Assembly: GCA_937965695.1 (NCBI GenBank)
Contig: CALCKW010000007.1
Coordinates: 7,106-71,105 of the forward strand
DNA from: an uncultured Granulosicoccaceae bacterium
GTDB taxonomy: Bacteria; Pseudomonadota; Gammaproteobacteria; CALCKW01
Length of the DNA: 64,000 nucleotides
Direction: 5' to 3'
Shown: positions 29,420 to 40,827 of the stretch, in pieces
How the letters are laid out: each line of letters starts with the position of its first letter
Position numbering within the stretch: the first letter of the stretch is position 1
Made by a program: the position numbers and the translations under genes
Notes under the pieces: model-generated
Databases searched by the model: none
Told to the model about the DNA's origin: nothing
What the model saw: only the letters and a program-made list of their open reading frames with translations

Positions 29420-30286
29420 CTAAATCATGGAGCCAAATCGAGCGGATATCTTAGCTGCTGCGTCAAGTAAGAGCGGCGCTTTGCTTTTTAGCTCTTCCAT
29501 CGAACCAAATCGTGTTGGCGTCCAGAGACTCAAAGTTGCCAAAATGCGTTTGTCGTAATCGACGATAGGTGCAGCAATACCAACTACCTGCCAAAACTCT
29601 TCTCGATTGGAAATAGCATAGCCATTTTTATTGATTAACTTTAAGTCTGTTAGCAGTGTTTTTTGATCAATTAACGTGTTTTCGGTAAATTTCTCGAGTT
29701 CGGCAATATCTAAATATTGATCTAAAGCGGGTTTGTCCATGAATGCCAAAAACATCTTTCCAGCAGCCGTACAATGCAGATCAGACTGCCCACCGAGCTT
29801 AACGGCTAACCGATAAGGATTGATAATGTGAGTGCGAATGAAAGTGACCGAATAATCACTCAGCACGGAAACCGCGACATTCATACCGGAAGCACCACTG
29901 AGCTCCAAGAGATCTTGATCTTCAATTTGAGCTAAGTCAGTTTTTTGCCAGGCCGCCTTAGCCCAACGCATAAGTTTAGGGCCGACAGAATAAGACTTGT
30001 CTCTTTCGTCGAATTGCACCAGTTTCTGACCCAACAAGATCGATAATATCCGGTGAGTCGAACTTTTATTAAACCCTGTCGCGGCCACTATTTCAGAATA
30101 GCTCAGCTTACCCGGTGACTCGGCCAACAGGTCCAACACCACCACAAGCTTATCGACAATAGAGCTCTGTATCTCCCTCGCCACACACCACTCCCACCCT
30201 AAACTGGAAGGGGCATTATACGGAACACCCACTGCTTGATGAAAAATCCTAGTTTCAGCGAGACTGTGCGCTTCACTGCAAATCAT
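29420..30286 (-). CDS. IclR-family transcriptional regulator
   Basis: N-terminal HTH (LSYSEIVAATGFNKSSTHRILSIL) plus a C-terminal IclR effector domain. Divergent from the oxidoreductase/cupin genes. Confidence 0.75.
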   Translation of the reverse strand: MICSEAHSLAETRIFHQAVGVPYNAPSSLGWEWCVAREIQSSIVDKLVVVLDLLAESPGKLSYSEIVAATGFNKSSTHRILSILLGQKLVQFDERDKSYSVGPKLMRWAKAAWQKTDLAQIEDQDLLELSGASGMNVAVSVLSDYSVTFIRTHIINPYRLAVKLGGQSDLHCTAAGKMFLAFMDKPALDQYLDIAELEKFTENTLIDQKTLLTDLKLINKNGYAISNREEFWQVVGIAAPIVDYDKRILATLSLWTPTRFGSMEELKSKAPLLLDAAAKISARFGSMI

Positions 30287-30514
30287 TTAAATAACCGTTT
30301 GACTGAAGGTCCGATTATTCGTATCTTGCATTACAATATTTAATTTTGATATTGTGAAACTCATGTCATGACCCCACTTAACCATCGCCGAAGCACCTAT
30401 TGCAGGGCAACAAACCACTAATTTCAGCCCAACAGGCTGTTCATAATCCCAGCTTGCCAACATTCATCCGACAAAAAATTCACTGGCTTACAAAGCCCTT
30501 TTTGAGACAAGTCA

Positions 30515-31822
30515 TTGAACTCTAAAAACAATCCGAAGGAAGAAATTCACTGGCAAGTGACGGCCAATCCCCCACCGGAGTCTAGTGCCATCTCATCCGA
30601 TCTTACGGTTGACACCGTCGTCATCGGCGGAGGTTTGACTGGGTGCAGAACCACTCTGGGACTGGCGGAAAGCGGGATGTCTGTTGCGCTTTTGGACGCT
30701 CATGACATTGGCTGGGGTGCTTCCGGCCGAAGCGGTGGTCAATGCAATCCGATATGGCGTGAAACACCTGAGCAACTGATCAAGAGATTTGGTGAGTCCC
30801 AAGCTGAGCGTCTAATTAATACGACCATTAATTCAGCTGATGCTCTTTTCTCGGACATTGCAAAGTACAAAATAAATTGTGATGCAGTGCAGGCTGGTTG
30901 GCTGCAAAATGCACACAGCACTGCCGCTGTAAAATCGCTAGAAAAACTGGCCTCTGGATGGTCAGCGGCTGGTGCTACTATCGAATCCATCGAGGGAGAT
31001 GCACTGAGGCAAGCAACAGGTTCACCGGCATATAACTTTGGACTACGCCACGCTGCAGGTGGTCACGTACACCCACTGTCATTGACCAGAGGTTATGCGC
31101 AAGTAGCCCAAGAGAAAGGTGCTCAGCTTTTCAGCAATAGCCCCGTCACTTCAATCGAACAAAAAGGCAAGCAGTGGAAGGTTAAATGCCCGAATGGTTC
31201 GCTCACGGCCGAAAGGGTTGTCTTGGCCACAAACGCGTATTCAAAAGACTTGTTGCCAGGCTTGCAACAAACTTTTCTACCCATGGTTAGCATTGCCATT
31301 GCAACCGAACCACTGACAGCGGATCTTCAAGCGCAAATTTTGCCGAAAAAAGTGACATTCTCTGATTCTCGCTTGGCAATCTATTTTGCGCGATACGATG
31401 CAGACGGTCGTTTGATTTTCGGCTGCGTCGGCAGCAGTGAAACGGTCGGTACACTCGGTGGCCACCAGCGCTTGCGACAGGGGTTACTCACCGTATTTCC
31501 TGAGCTTAAAAACACCAAATTAGAGCGAACTTGGGCCGGAAGAATAGCGGTCACTCCCGAAATGATGCCGCACTTGCACGAGCCTGCACCGGGTCTGCTG
31601 GCGGCGGTCGGTTTTAGCGGTCGCGGTATTGCCATGACATCTGTGATGGGTCGAACCTTGAGTGCAAAAATACTCGGTGCGGAAGACAATACTCTGCCGT
31701 TCCCGGTCACGCCTCTAGAAAAGGTGCCCATGCACGCAATCTTGCGTAGAGTGTTACCGTTATCTGCACCAGCCATGAGCTTAAAAGACAAACTAGATAC
31801 GGTCTTGCAGAAAGCTAAATAA
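30515..31822 (+). CDS. FAD-dependent oxidoreductase (PuuB/OrdL-like amine oxidase family)
   Basis: VVIGGGLTGCRTTLGLAESG Rossmann motif, 435 aa. Confidence 0.7.
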   Translation: MNSKNNPKEEIHWQVTANPPPESSAISSDLTVDTVVIGGGLTGCRTTLGLAESGMSVALLDAHDIGWGASGRSGGQCNPIWRETPEQLIKRFGESQAERLINTTINSADALFSDIAKYKINCDAVQAGWLQNAHSTAAVKSLEKLASGWSAAGATIESIEGDALRQATGSPAYNFGLRHAAGGHVHPLSLTRGYAQVAQEKGAQLFSNSPVTSIEQKGKQWKVKCPNGSLTAERVVLATNAYSKDLLPGLQQTFLPMVSIAIATEPLTADLQAQILPKKVTFSDSRLAIYFARYDADGRLIFGCVGSSETVGTLGGHQRLRQGLLTVFPELKNTKLERTWAGRIAVTPEMMPHLHEPAPGLLAAVGFSGRGIAMTSVMGRTLSAKILGAEDNTLPFPVTPLEKVPMHAILRRVLPLSAPAMSLKDKLDTVLQKAK

Positions 31823-31893
31823 GCGGCGAGTATTCATAACTATTTTATGAATAAAAACATCCAAATTTTTAATAACAGAGTGATTTTTAAGCC

Positions 31894-32247
31894 ATGACAA
31901 CACTGACAAAATTTGCAGATTGCGACACAGCAGCAGTGATCAAAGATACCACAGAGGTCACTATATCAGGCGCACCTGAGCACACAGCATGGCCGCACTT
32001 TGTCAGCAGCGACGGGCGTACAAAATCAGGCATGTGGCAAAGCACAGCGGGTGTTTTTCATGGCCCGATAAACAACCAAGTAGAGTTCTGCCACATTCTG
32101 GAAGGCGAGGCATTGATCAAGACAGAAGACGGGAAAGAATTTACCGTGCGAGCCGGTGACGCTTTCACCATGGACAACGGCTTACAACCTATCTGGCATG
32201 TGCACGAGTTCGTGAAAAAGCACTACGTGATAGTGGCAGCAGACTGA
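31894..32247 (+). CDS. Cupin-domain protein (DUF861/cupin_3-like)
   Basis: 117 aa small beta-barrel. The FCHILEGEALIKTEDGKEFTVRAGDAF pattern is typical of cupin_3. Confidence 0.55.
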   Translation: MTTLTKFADCDTAAVIKDTTEVTISGAPEHTAWPHFVSSDGRTKSGMWQSTAGVFHGPINNQVEFCHILEGEALIKTEDGKEFTVRAGDAFTMDNGLQPIWHVHEFVKKHYVIVAAD

Positions 32248-32379
32248 ACCTTTAATCGGTATGAAAAGAGTGTCTGCTCAGTTACCTTCGGATGCTCACA
32301 AACGAAGCAAACGATTAAATCCCGTTGAGTAAATAAAGTAGATCCTTCTCGCTAAAGAGAATAACTTTTTTGTGAGCAA

Positions 32380-33813
32380 TTAGGACGTATTGCGTATACT
32401 TTGCCAAGCATCAAGTGCTCGTTCACGTCCTTCTTTGAGATCAACAATAGGGGCTGGGTAGTGCTCATCTATGTTGCAGCTACTAGCTTGTTGCATACGT
32501 TGATCCATCAACCACGGTTCGTGGATGAATTTCTTAGGCACTTTTTTCAGCTGCGGTAACCACCGACGGACATACTCGCCATTGGGGTCGAATTTTTTAC
32601 CTTGGCCCACTGGGTTAAACACTCTAAAAAATGGCGATGCATCAGCGCCACATCCAGCTGTCCACTGCCACCCCTGTGTGTTCGACGCGATATCCGCATC
32701 CACGAGCGTTTGCATAAACCAGTCAGCGCCTTCTTGCCAAGGTTGCATTAGGTGTTTAACTAAAAAAGACGCGACAATCATGCGCACACGGTTGTGCATC
32801 CAGCCGGTGTGCCATAGTTCCATCATGCCAGCGTCAATGATGGGGTAACCCGTCTTTCCGCGTTGCCAAGCGTTCAACAAATCTTGGTCTTTTTTCCAGG
32901 GAAAGTGATTGAAGTTTGCTTGCATGGGTTGATCTAGACAATGCGGGAAGTGATACAGCAAATATGTAGAGAACTCACGCCAACCTAATTCCGCCACTAA
33001 CTTTCGACGGCCATGTGCCTGCTCTACGGATTCTTGTTTAAGACGTTTGGGATCTTCCAATATTGCTATCAGCTCGCCTACGCCAATCATCCCCGAACGT
33101 AAAAAGGGCGATAGTCGGGTGGTCCCCGCTCGATCAGGCCGATCCCGATCAGCGTCGTAATTCTCAATGGGGACGTCGATAAAGGATTGAAACTCTTGCA
33201 GCGCATGTTCTCTGCTGGGTTTCCAATGATCACCGAACTCACTATCCCAGCCAATTTCAGACAGCATGTTCAGTTGTCCTAAAGTCAGAGAGTCATTAAC
33301 AGATGCCCAGTTGATGACCTCTAAACTGTCACCCGCTGGGATAGGCAGACCCTTTTCTACACAGGCGCGCCAGTAGGGAGTAAATACTCGGTACGGCTTT
33401 CCAGACTTGTTGAGCAGTGTCCAGGGCTCTAGTAGAAGCGAGCCATTGAAAGAACTCACCGCTATACCCTGATCTTTTAAAACGGTTTTTAGCGCGGTGT
33501 CTTGTGCCATTTCTACTGGCGTGTAACGCCGATTCCAAAAGACAGCGCTAATGCCATGATCATCTATCACACGTTGCAGAACTAATTTGGATTCGCCCTG
33601 ATAAAGGGCCAACTGCCCGCCAATCGATTCGATCGATTGCGCAAGTTCAGCCAAAGCATAATGATTCCACCAACTCGACGCGCTAGCGCGCAAGTCAGTA
33701 CGCTCATCAATATACACGGCCAACACACGATAGCCGGCCGAAATCGCGGCCTGTAATGCGGGATTGCTCTGTAACCGCAAATCGTTTCTAAACCAGACGA
33801 CGGCTGTTTTCAT
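32380..33813 (-). CDS. phrB: Deoxyribodipyrimidine (CPD) photolyase, class I
   Basis: N-terminus AVVWFRNDLRLQSNPAL. The FAD-binding C-terminal region has the W...W triad region. Confidence 0.9.
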   Translation of the reverse strand: MKTAVVWFRNDLRLQSNPALQAAISAGYRVLAVYIDERTDLRASASSWWNHYALAELAQSIESIGGQLALYQGESKLVLQRVIDDHGISAVFWNRRYTPVEMAQDTALKTVLKDQGIAVSSFNGSLLLEPWTLLNKSGKPYRVFTPYWRACVEKGLPIPAGDSLEVINWASVNDSLTLGQLNMLSEIGWDSEFGDHWKPSREHALQEFQSFIDVPIENYDADRDRPDRAGTTRLSPFLRSGMIGVGELIAILEDPKRLKQESVEQAHGRRKLVAELGWREFSTYLLYHFPHCLDQPMQANFNHFPWKKDQDLLNAWQRGKTGYPIIDAGMMELWHTGWMHNRVRMIVASFLVKHLMQPWQEGADWFMQTLVDADIASNTQGWQWTAGCGADASPFFRVFNPVGQGKKFDPNGEYVRRWLPQLKKVPKKFIHEPWLMDQRMQQASSCNIDEHYPAPIVDLKEGRERALDAWQSIRNTS

Positions 33814-34028
33814 TTTCGTTATACCGAGTATGTTTAATTAGTTTAAGTCATGCCATCTGGCTGTCACATTTGTGAAGCGAGTCGCCGTCAACAAGAAAGT
33901 TACCAGAGCGCATGACACCCGTATTGTCGCACCTATCGGTCTAGCTTCCGTACACTGGGTACAAATCGCGACAACTTGCTCCAATTCTGGGAAAATCTAT
34001 CGGATATTAACAACGAGCTTCGCAACTC

Positions 34029-34985
34029 ATGGTAGAAACCCTTCGAATCGCCACACGTCAGAGCCCCCTTGCCCTTTGGCAAGCTGAAGACGCAGCAGCC
34101 CGCCTGCGTGCTGAACACCCAGATCTGACTGTCGAGCTAGTCACTATGGTGACACGTGGCGACAAGTTACTCGACAGCCCGCTGGCGAAAATTGGCGGCA
34201 AAGGCCTGTTTGTGAAGGAGCTAGAAACAGCCATCTATGAAGGTCGAGCCGACATCGCTGTGCACTCCATGAAAGACGTGCCATCAGTGCTACCAGAGGG
34301 TTTACATCTAGCAACAATTATCGAACGCGAGAACCCACACGACGCACTGGTAAGTAACAAATATAAAAGCATTAATGCGCTGCCAAAAGGCGCAATTTTA
34401 GGGACAAGCAGTCTTAGACGCGAAGTACTAATGCGCAAATGCCGACCAGATCTGCAGTTCAAAACTCTGCGCGGGAATGTAAACACTCGCTTGAGTAAAT
34501 TGGATGCGGGCGAGTACGACGCCATCGTGTTGGCTTGTGCTGGGCTTCAGCGCTTAGACATGGACGATCGCATAGCGCAGGAACTGCCACCAGAAATCAG
34601 CCTACCAGCAGTTGGTCAGGGTGCGGTTGGCATTGAGTGCCGAGTAGACGATAAGCGTATCAACGCCTTGTTGGCGCCGCTGCATCACAAGGATACTGCT
34701 ACACGTGTGCTTGCCGAACGTGCCATGAACTACCACCTCGACGGAGGCTGTCAGGTGCCGATTGCTGGGTACTCGATGCTTGAAGGTAATCAACTTTGGA
34801 TGCGTGGTATGGTTGGCGGTCCGCGAGACGACCGCTACTACGAAGCAGAAATCCGCGGCGCAGTTGGCAATGCTAACAACATCGGGCTGGCTGTCGCACA
34901 AGCGCTGTTAGATCAAGGAGCAGGTGACCTCCTCCGTGAATTAGGTCTTCAGCCAGGGCAACGAGTTGACGGTGCGAAGCGATAA
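34029..34985 (+). CDS. hemC: Porphobilinogen deaminase (hydroxymethylbilane synthase)
   Basis: [16 protein letters not shown]...[11 protein letters not shown]. Heads the hemCDXY order. Confidence 0.9.
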   Translation: MVETLRIATRQSPLALWQAEDAAARLRAEHPDLTVELVTMVTRGDKLLDSPLAKIGGKGLFVKELETAIYEGRADIAVHSMKDVPSVLPEGLHLATIIERENPHDALVSNKYKSINALPKGAILGTSSLRREVLMRKCRPDLQFKTLRGNVNTRLSKLDAGEYDAIVLACAGLQRLDMDDRIAQELPPEISLPAVGQGAVGIECRVDDKRINALLAPLHHKDTATRVLAERAMNYHLDGGCQVPIAGYSMLEGNQLWMRGMVGGPRDDRYYEAEIRGAVGNANNIGLAVAQALLDQGAGDLLRELGLQPGQRVDGAKR

Positions 34986-35763
34986 AAAAATACTACAGCC
35001 CACACGGGTACTCGTCACTCGGCCTGAGCATCAAGCAGATGGATTTTGCCAATTGTTACAAGATGCTGGGTTTGAGCCTTTGCGGTGCCCCACGGTCGAG
35101 ATAAGTAACGTGCAAAACAAGGTGCTCGCTGCTGAACAATTGATGGCAATTAGCGACGCTGATATCGTGATTTTTACCAGTGCGAATGCTGTACGGTACG
35201 CCGAAAAAATCACCTCACTAAAAGATACGATTGCAGAAAACGCCAAAGTATTGGCTATCGGCCCAGCGACAGCAGCAACGCTTAGCCAATGCGGGCTAGA
35301 AGCCCAGCTGCCCGAGCAGAACTTCAGTAGCGCTGGCTTGCTGGCGATGAAAACGCTGCATAATGTCATCGGAAAAACGGTCATAGTTATAAGAGGCTGC
35401 GGTGGCCTGGCCACACTGCCAGACGCTTTACACTCAGCAGGTGCCAATTTAGGTATTGCAGAGGTCTATCAGCGACGAATCCCCGCAAGTGATTCAATTT
35501 TGAGACGCCTTTTCCATTCCGAATTGCCACAGATCATAAGCACCACGAGTAACGAGACGCTCTCGAACCTTGTTACACTAACACCTGTGGAAGAGCGCCC
35601 GCGGCTGTGGCAGTTACCTGTTATCGTCAACAGCAAAAGAGGCGAACAGTTAGCGTATTCGCTTGGCTTTAGCGACGACATCCTGCGCGCTAGCCCCGTT
35701 AGTGATTACGGACAGATCAATACACTTAAAGCTTGGATAACCCAGAGACTCACACAGCGATGA
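34966..35763 (+). CDS. hemD: Uroporphyrinogen-III synthase
   Basis: 265 aa HemD-fold protein between hemC and hemX. Overlaps the hemC stop. Confidence 0.8.
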   Translation: MTVRSDKKILQPTRVLVTRPEHQADGFCQLLQDAGFEPLRCPTVEISNVQNKVLAAEQLMAISDADIVIFTSANAVRYAEKITSLKDTIAENAKVLAIGPATAATLSQCGLEAQLPEQNFSSAGLLAMKTLHNVIGKTVIVIRGCGGLATLPDALHSAGANLGIAEVYQRRIPASDSILRRLFHSELPQIISTTSNETLSNLVTLTPVEERPRLWQLPVIVNSKRGEQLAYSLGFSDDILRASPVSDYGQINTLKAWITQRLTQR

Positions 35764-37172
35764 AAACTCAATATACGGCCGACAAACCCGCCAAGGCCGA
35801 ACAAGGGGAAACCCCAGCCGCCAGCAAGAGCAGCGGTGGCGGAAAAGGAAATGGATTAACACTCGTAGCTTTGGCCGTGGCAGTCGCCGCCGCCGGTGGT
35901 GCTTGGTACAACAACACTCAGCTTGGCAAACAAGTGGGCCAGCTGCAGCAAGTCATAGAAGAACAAAAAGATAGTCTGCAAACCGCTTTGAGTGAGCAGT
36001 CTGAGAAATCTTCTTCCGCTGTTAGTGGTTTGGATCAAAAGGCGACTGAACTAGCTACAGCGCTTGATGAGAAAACCGTAAGTTTGGGGGACCGGGCAAC
36101 CGCCCTCGAAGAGCAGACCACGAACCTGCAAGGTGCCACTAAAGCTCTCTCGGGCGACATTGAAAGCGCACGCACAGCCTTGACAGAAGCGATGCAGAGC
36201 AAAGCAACAGAGCTTACCTCTTCCATGGAAACGCGCAGCGCTGACATGAATACGGCATTAGAGGCTCGGTCAGCCGAGTTGCTAGCCCAGCTAACTGAAG
36301 CACGCGAGACCATGTCTCAGTCTTTGGACTCACGCAGTCAAGAGATTACGGGCCTCGTCGAAACTCGAACAAACGAGCTGAGCAACAGTCTGCAAGATAC
36401 GCAGATGAAACTTAACCGCAATCAGCGTTCGTGGTTATTGTCTGAAGTAGAATATCTGCTGCGTACCTCAGTGCATCGCGTCATGCTAGCTGGTGATACC
36501 GACTCTGCTGTCGAGGCATTAAAAGCTGCTAAAAGCCAGCTCAGTGTTTTGGGAGAAGTCGAGTATCTACCGGTTACACACGAGATTGGCGAAGAGATAA
36601 CCGAACTTCGCAGCACTGACCAACCAGATATAGAGCAGTTAATCCTTTCTCTGAGAAAACTTTCCGATCAAACGGGTGAGCTGCGTATGGCTAAGCCTGA
36701 AGAAGAGATAGAAGAAGCACCAGTTGAGGAGGTTGCTGATACAGAAACAGCCGAAGCTACAACTGGAAGTGTGGCCAAAGAGGGTATCGGTTCTGTTGTC
36801 AGTGGTTTGTTCAGCAATATTCAACAGCATATTTCTGTAAAGACTCCCGAAGGTACACAGTTTGGTAACCGCGAAGAAAACTCCGTTTTCGCGCCGACCA
36901 CCGAAGAGAGCACCAATGCTGAGTTGATCAAACTCAACTTGCAGGCCGCTCAGCTTGCAGCCTTACGGAGAGATCAAAACGACTACACCGCGCAGCTCGA
37001 TAAGGCGCGTTCAAACGTTAAATCAATTTACGACCCTGAATCGGAACTAACGACTGCATTTATTAAGCAGATTGATTTGCTGACCGAAAAGACCGTCGTC
37101 CCTTACACCGAAAAACTGGGCGGAGCCTTACGTTTGCTTCGTGAAACCAACAAAAAACTTGGAGCAAATTAA
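35760..37172 (+). CDS. hemX: HemX-like membrane protein (uroporphyrinogen-III methyltransferase-like, coiled-coil rich)
   Basis: One TM near the N-terminus followed by long repetitive coiled-coil segments. The ATG at 35760 overlaps the hemD stop (ATGA). Confidence 0.7.
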   Translation: MKTQYTADKPAKAEQGETPAASKSSGGGKGNGLTLVALAVAVAAAGGAWYNNTQLGKQVGQLQQVIEEQKDSLQTALSEQSEKSSSAVSGLDQKATELATALDEKTVSLGDRATALEEQTTNLQGATKALSGDIESARTALTEAMQSKATELTSSMETRSADMNTALEARSAELLAQLTEARETMSQSLDSRSQEITGLVETRTNELSNSLQDTQMKLNRNQRSWLLSEVEYLLRTSVHRVMLAGDTDSAVEALKAAKSQLSVLGEVEYLPVTHEIGEEITELRSTDQPDIEQLILSLRKLSDQTGELRMAKPEEEIEEAPVEEVADTETAEATTGSVAKEGIGSVVSGLFSNIQQHISVKTPEGTQFGNREENSVFAPTTEESTNAELIKLNLQAAQLAALRRDQNDYTAQLDKARSNVKSIYDPESELTTAFIKQIDLLTEKTVVPYTEKLGGALRLLRETNKKLGAN

Positions 37173-38344
37173 TGAAGGCTTTTTTACTGGTCCTCTTCCT
37201 GAGTGCTTTGGCGATCATTGCAGCAATATTTTTACACCAAGATGCCGGCTCTGTGCAGGTTCAATTCCAAGGTAATAGCTTTGCTGCACCTTTGGTCTAT
37301 GTATTCTTCGGAATCATCATCGCATTCCTAGCGCTTTACATTTTATTTAGAATTGTCGGCATGCTGTTCCGTGCTCCATCTAGCTTCGGCAAAGCACTGG
37401 ATCGTCGTGCGGCTGATTCTGCATCTGAGCGTTTAGTCACTGGCACTTTAGAGTTAAACGAAGGTAAATTCACCAGTGCAGAAAAACAACTGATCAAGGA
37501 CGTACCTGAAGGTCCTACCGCTGCTCTACACTACATCGCTGCAGCAGAAGCTGCCGAAGCTCGAAACAAGCCTGAGCAACGTGATCAATACCTCAAACAA
37601 GCGGTTGAGCACAACCAATCAGCAAAGTTTGGTATCGACTTGAACGAAGCAAAGCGATTACTAGAAGCAGGTGAGGCCAACGCTGCTCTTGAAATTGTTC
37701 GTCCCTTGGTCAAGTCGCGACCGAAGAACTCACGTGCCTTTGCTTTGCTTGGAAAATCTCTAGCAGCCTCCGGTAACTGGTCAGAGTTAAATGACCTACT
37801 GCCAGATTTGCGCAAACGTACCGTCTACAGTGAAAGCGAAATAGATTCCATAGAAGCCAAGACTGGCGCTTCTCTACTAGCTTCCGCAGAAGATTCAGAA
37901 CTTGAAAGTGTCTGGAAAAGCCTGACCAATGAGGCACGTGATCTACCTGTACTGCTCAGCATGTACGCAAAGCGCCTACAAGCAAGTGGGCAAGGTGAAG
38001 TAGCAGAGCGCACTTTGCGTACAACTCTCAACAAGAAATGGGTACCTGAGCTTGTGGGCACTTATGCCACAACTGAGGCTGCAAAAGCAGACCAACAGCT
38101 CTCTCAACTGCAAAAATGGATCGAAGAACATGGCGAGAATGCAAATCTATTAGCAGCCGCAGGTCAGGTAAGTGTTCGTGAAGAGCTATGGGGTAAAGCG
38201 CATAGCTATCTAGAGCAAGCTGCAAAATTAGGTGACTCAGCGGCGATTCAACAAGCTTTGTCAAAAATTGCAGATAACAAAGGCGATGCTGACGCTTCTC
38301 GAGCTCACTTAGAGCGAGGCTTAAGCTTGGCGCTTAAAGGCTAA
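37172..38344 (+). CDS. hemY: HemY-like TPR membrane protein (protohaem IX biogenesis)
   Basis: Two N-terminal TM helices plus TPR repeats. Last gene of hemCDXY. Confidence 0.8.
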   Translation: MKAFLLVLFLSALAIIAAIFLHQDAGSVQVQFQGNSFAAPLVYVFFGIIIAFLALYILFRIVGMLFRAPSSFGKALDRRAADSASERLVTGTLELNEGKFTSAEKQLIKDVPEGPTAALHYIAAAEAAEARNKPEQRDQYLKQAVEHNQSAKFGIDLNEAKRLLEAGEANAALEIVRPLVKSRPKNSRAFALLGKSLAASGNWSELNDLLPDLRKRTVYSESEIDSIEAKTGASLLASAEDSELESVWKSLTNEARDLPVLLSMYAKRLQASGQGEVAERTLRTTLNKKWVPELVGTYATTEAAKADQQLSQLQKWIEEHGENANLLAAAGQVSVREELWGKAHSYLEQAAKLGDSAAIQQALSKIADNKGDADASRAHLERGLSLALKG

Positions 38345-38365
38345 CGAGCCAAGCCTACTTAAGGT

Positions 38366-38388
38366 GCCGCAAACAGCGGCATCTTTTT
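38366..38388 (+). terminator. Putative intrinsic terminator after hemY
   Basis: Hairpin TGCCGC-aaaca-GCGGCA followed by TCTTTTT. Confidence 0.4.
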
Positions 38389-38741
38389 CCAACAGTCACT
38401 CTCGTATTAACGACTCAATCCCGCACGTGTTTCTCTTCATAGCCCCCTACAAATAATGTTTCACTTCTTTTTCTACCGTCGTAATTAGGATTTAGTTGGT
38501 TTTAAATCACTGAAATCCCTAAACAAGCGCGCGCCCTTATAATCTGTCTTATCAACAAATGTCTGATAGTTTGTAAAGAACGACTTCTGAGGAACAGATT
38601 CATTGGTTCCGGTTATCCAATTACAAATTGCTAGGTCTTAGGGGGCCGCATATAAATAGAAATACAATATGCATCATCTCGCATATCAATAAGAAATTAT
38701 ACGTACAAACCTTTGTATCCAAGTAATTTAAGTATTGATTC

Positions 38742-39335
38742 TTGTCGCCCGATAATCTCGCTAGACATACGAATAGTAAACTGAGTATTCCTTTGATATT
38801 TCACAAACTCGGACTGAAGGGAAGCCAAAACTTTTCAATTAATCAACGTGGGTTTACTTTGATAGAACTACTCATTGTTGTTGTCATCCTCTCCTCTTTA
38901 GCCACACTAGTCCTACCGAATTTCAGTAACTCTGTCGCTGTTTCCCAAAATAGTGCTGTGAATCAAAATGTGAAAATCGTGCAGGCAGCCCTGGACAGAT
39001 TTCATGCCTCTCAGGGGTTCTATCCTGGACCTAGCAACTGGGGATCAATTTGCAAAGGGTTCAATAGGAATTTCTATGCATCAACCAAAGGAGAGCTTCT
39101 GCGTAATCGGCTAACCATGTACACAGATTCAAATGGGGTGGTTTGCGATTCTAGAATAGCTAGCGATGGAAAAAAGTACCTATACGGTCCGTATCTGCAC
39201 AAGGATCTTCCTATTAATCCCATAAAAAAGAGTAGCGAAGTTCAGGTTGTTGCCAACGAATCAATCCTTTCAGACCCCAAGTTTGGTTGGAGATACAACT
39301 ACAGTAGCGGAGAGTTTACTGCGACAAAAAACTAA
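38742..39335 (+). CDS. Prepilin-type N-terminal cleavage/methylation domain protein (orphan type IV pilin/pseudopilin-like)
   Basis: G|FTLIELLIVVVILSSLATLVLP is the class III signal peptide. About 40% GC versus ~50% for neighbours, with ~400 bp of AT-rich DNA upstream. No pilus or T2SS genes are adjacent. Confidence 0.6.
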   Translation: MSPDNLARHTNSKLSIPLIFHKLGLKGSQNFSINQRGFTLIELLIVVVILSSLATLVLPNFSNSVAVSQNSAVNQNVKIVQAALDRFHASQGFYPGPSNWGSICKGFNRNFYASTKGELLRNRLTMYTDSNGVVCDSRIASDGKKYLYGPYLHKDLPINPIKKSSEVQVVANESILSDPKFGWRYNYSSGEFTATKN

Positions 39336-39355
39336 TTCGCTGAAATGTTTACAAA

Positions 39356-40819
39356 TTACAGTTTCAAGTCTGACCACATATCATCTACACGGTTTTTGAC
39401 TTCAATTGACATTTCAATGGGTTCCCCCCACTCGCGTGTCGTTTCACCCGACCATTTATTGGTGGCATCAATTCCCATTTTTGAACCCAACCCGGAAACT
39501 GGCGACGCAAAATCTAGATAATCTATCGGAGTGTTTTCAACCAAAGTCGTATCACGACTGGGGTCCACTCTTGTCGTAAGTGCCCAGATCACATCTTCCC
39601 AATTACGTACATCAATATCCTCATCCACCACGATGACGAACTTGGTATACATGAACTGGCGAAGATAGGACCAAACACCCATCATCACGCGCTTCGCATG
39701 ACCTGCGTAAGCCTTACGCATACTGACAACTGCCATGCGGTAGGAGCAGCCTTCGGGGGGCAGATAGAAGTCGACAATCTCGGGAAACTGCTTTTGCAAG
39801 ATTGGCACAAAAACTTCATTGAGTGCTACTCCCAGTATCGCGGGCTCATCAGGAGGGCGACCAGTGTAAGTACTATGATAAATCGGGTCTTTGCGCTGGG
39901 TGATGCGCTTTACTGTAAGTACAGGGAAGCTATCGACTTCGTTATAGTATCCTGTGTGATCACCAAAAGGGCCTTCTTCGGCCTCTTCTCCGGGTGTCAG
40001 TACACCTTCCAACACAATCTCGGCAGAGGCTGGCACCTGTAAGTCGGAATTAACACATTTTACAAGGCGAGTACGTTCTCCTCTCAGCAAGCCGGCAAAT
40101 GCATATTCAGATAGGCTATCGGGTACAGGCGTCACAGCACCTAGAATAGTGGCTGGGTCACAACCGAGCACTATAGCAATTGGAAACGGCTCTCCAGGTC
40201 GCTCGCGCTGCCAATCGGCATAGTCTAATGCGCCACCACGGTGTGCAAGCCAACGCATGATAGTTTTATCACGAGCTATAACCTGATTGCGGTAAATGCC
40301 TAAGTTTTGCCGTTTTTTTTCAGGCCCGCGTGTGACGACGAGCCCCCAAGTGATCAACGGGCCAGCATCGCCGGGCCAGCATGTCTGGATAGGGTAACGC
40401 CCTAAATCTATGTCGTCACCCGTGAACTGCAACTCCTGACAGACAGCGCTGCGAACAACCTTTGGCGCCATGTCCAGCACTTTGCGAAACACTGGCATGT
40501 TGTCCCAAGCGTCTTTCAGGCCCTTAGGTGGCTCGGGTTCCTTCAAGAAAGCGAGCAGCTTGCCCACTTCCCGTAATGCTTCAACAGAGTCTTCGCCCAT
40601 ACCCAATGCAACCCGCTTTGGTGTGCCAAACAAGTTGGCCAACACTGGGACATCAGAGCCTTTAGGGTTTTCAAACAGAATTGCAGGACCGCCTTTGCGT
40701 AGCACTCTGTCGCAAATTTCTGTCATTTCCAGCACTGGATCAACTTCGCGGTTGACCCGACGCAGTTCACCGATATCCTCCAAACGCTGGATGAAGTCTC
40801 GAAGATCGCGGTATTTCAT
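39356..40819 (-). CDS. ubiD: 3-octaprenyl-4-hydroxybenzoate decarboxylase UbiD
   Basis: [22 protein letters not shown]... is near-identical to the UbiD N-terminus. 487 aa. Confidence 0.9.
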   Translation of the reverse strand: MKYRDLRDFIQRLEDIGELRRVNREVDPVLEMTEICDRVLRKGGPAILFENPKGSDVPVLANLFGTPKRVALGMGEDSVEALREVGKLLAFLKEPEPPKGLKDAWDNMPVFRKVLDMAPKVVRSAVCQELQFTGDDIDLGRYPIQTCWPGDAGPLITWGLVVTRGPEKKRQNLGIYRNQVIARDKTIMRWLAHRGGALDYADWQRERPGEPFPIAIVLGCDPATILGAVTPVPDSLSEYAFAGLLRGERTRLVKCVNSDLQVPASAEIVLEGVLTPGEEAEEGPFGDHTGYYNEVDSFPVLTVKRITQRKDPIYHSTYTGRPPDEPAILGVALNEVFVPILQKQFPEIVDFYLPPEGCSYRMAVVSMRKAYAGHAKRVMMGVWSYLRQFMYTKFVIVVDEDIDVRNWEDVIWALTTRVDPSRDTTLVENTPIDYLDFASPVSGLGSKMGIDATNKWSGETTREWGEPIEMSIEVKNRVDDMWSDLKL

Positions 40820-40827
40820 GGCGATCC

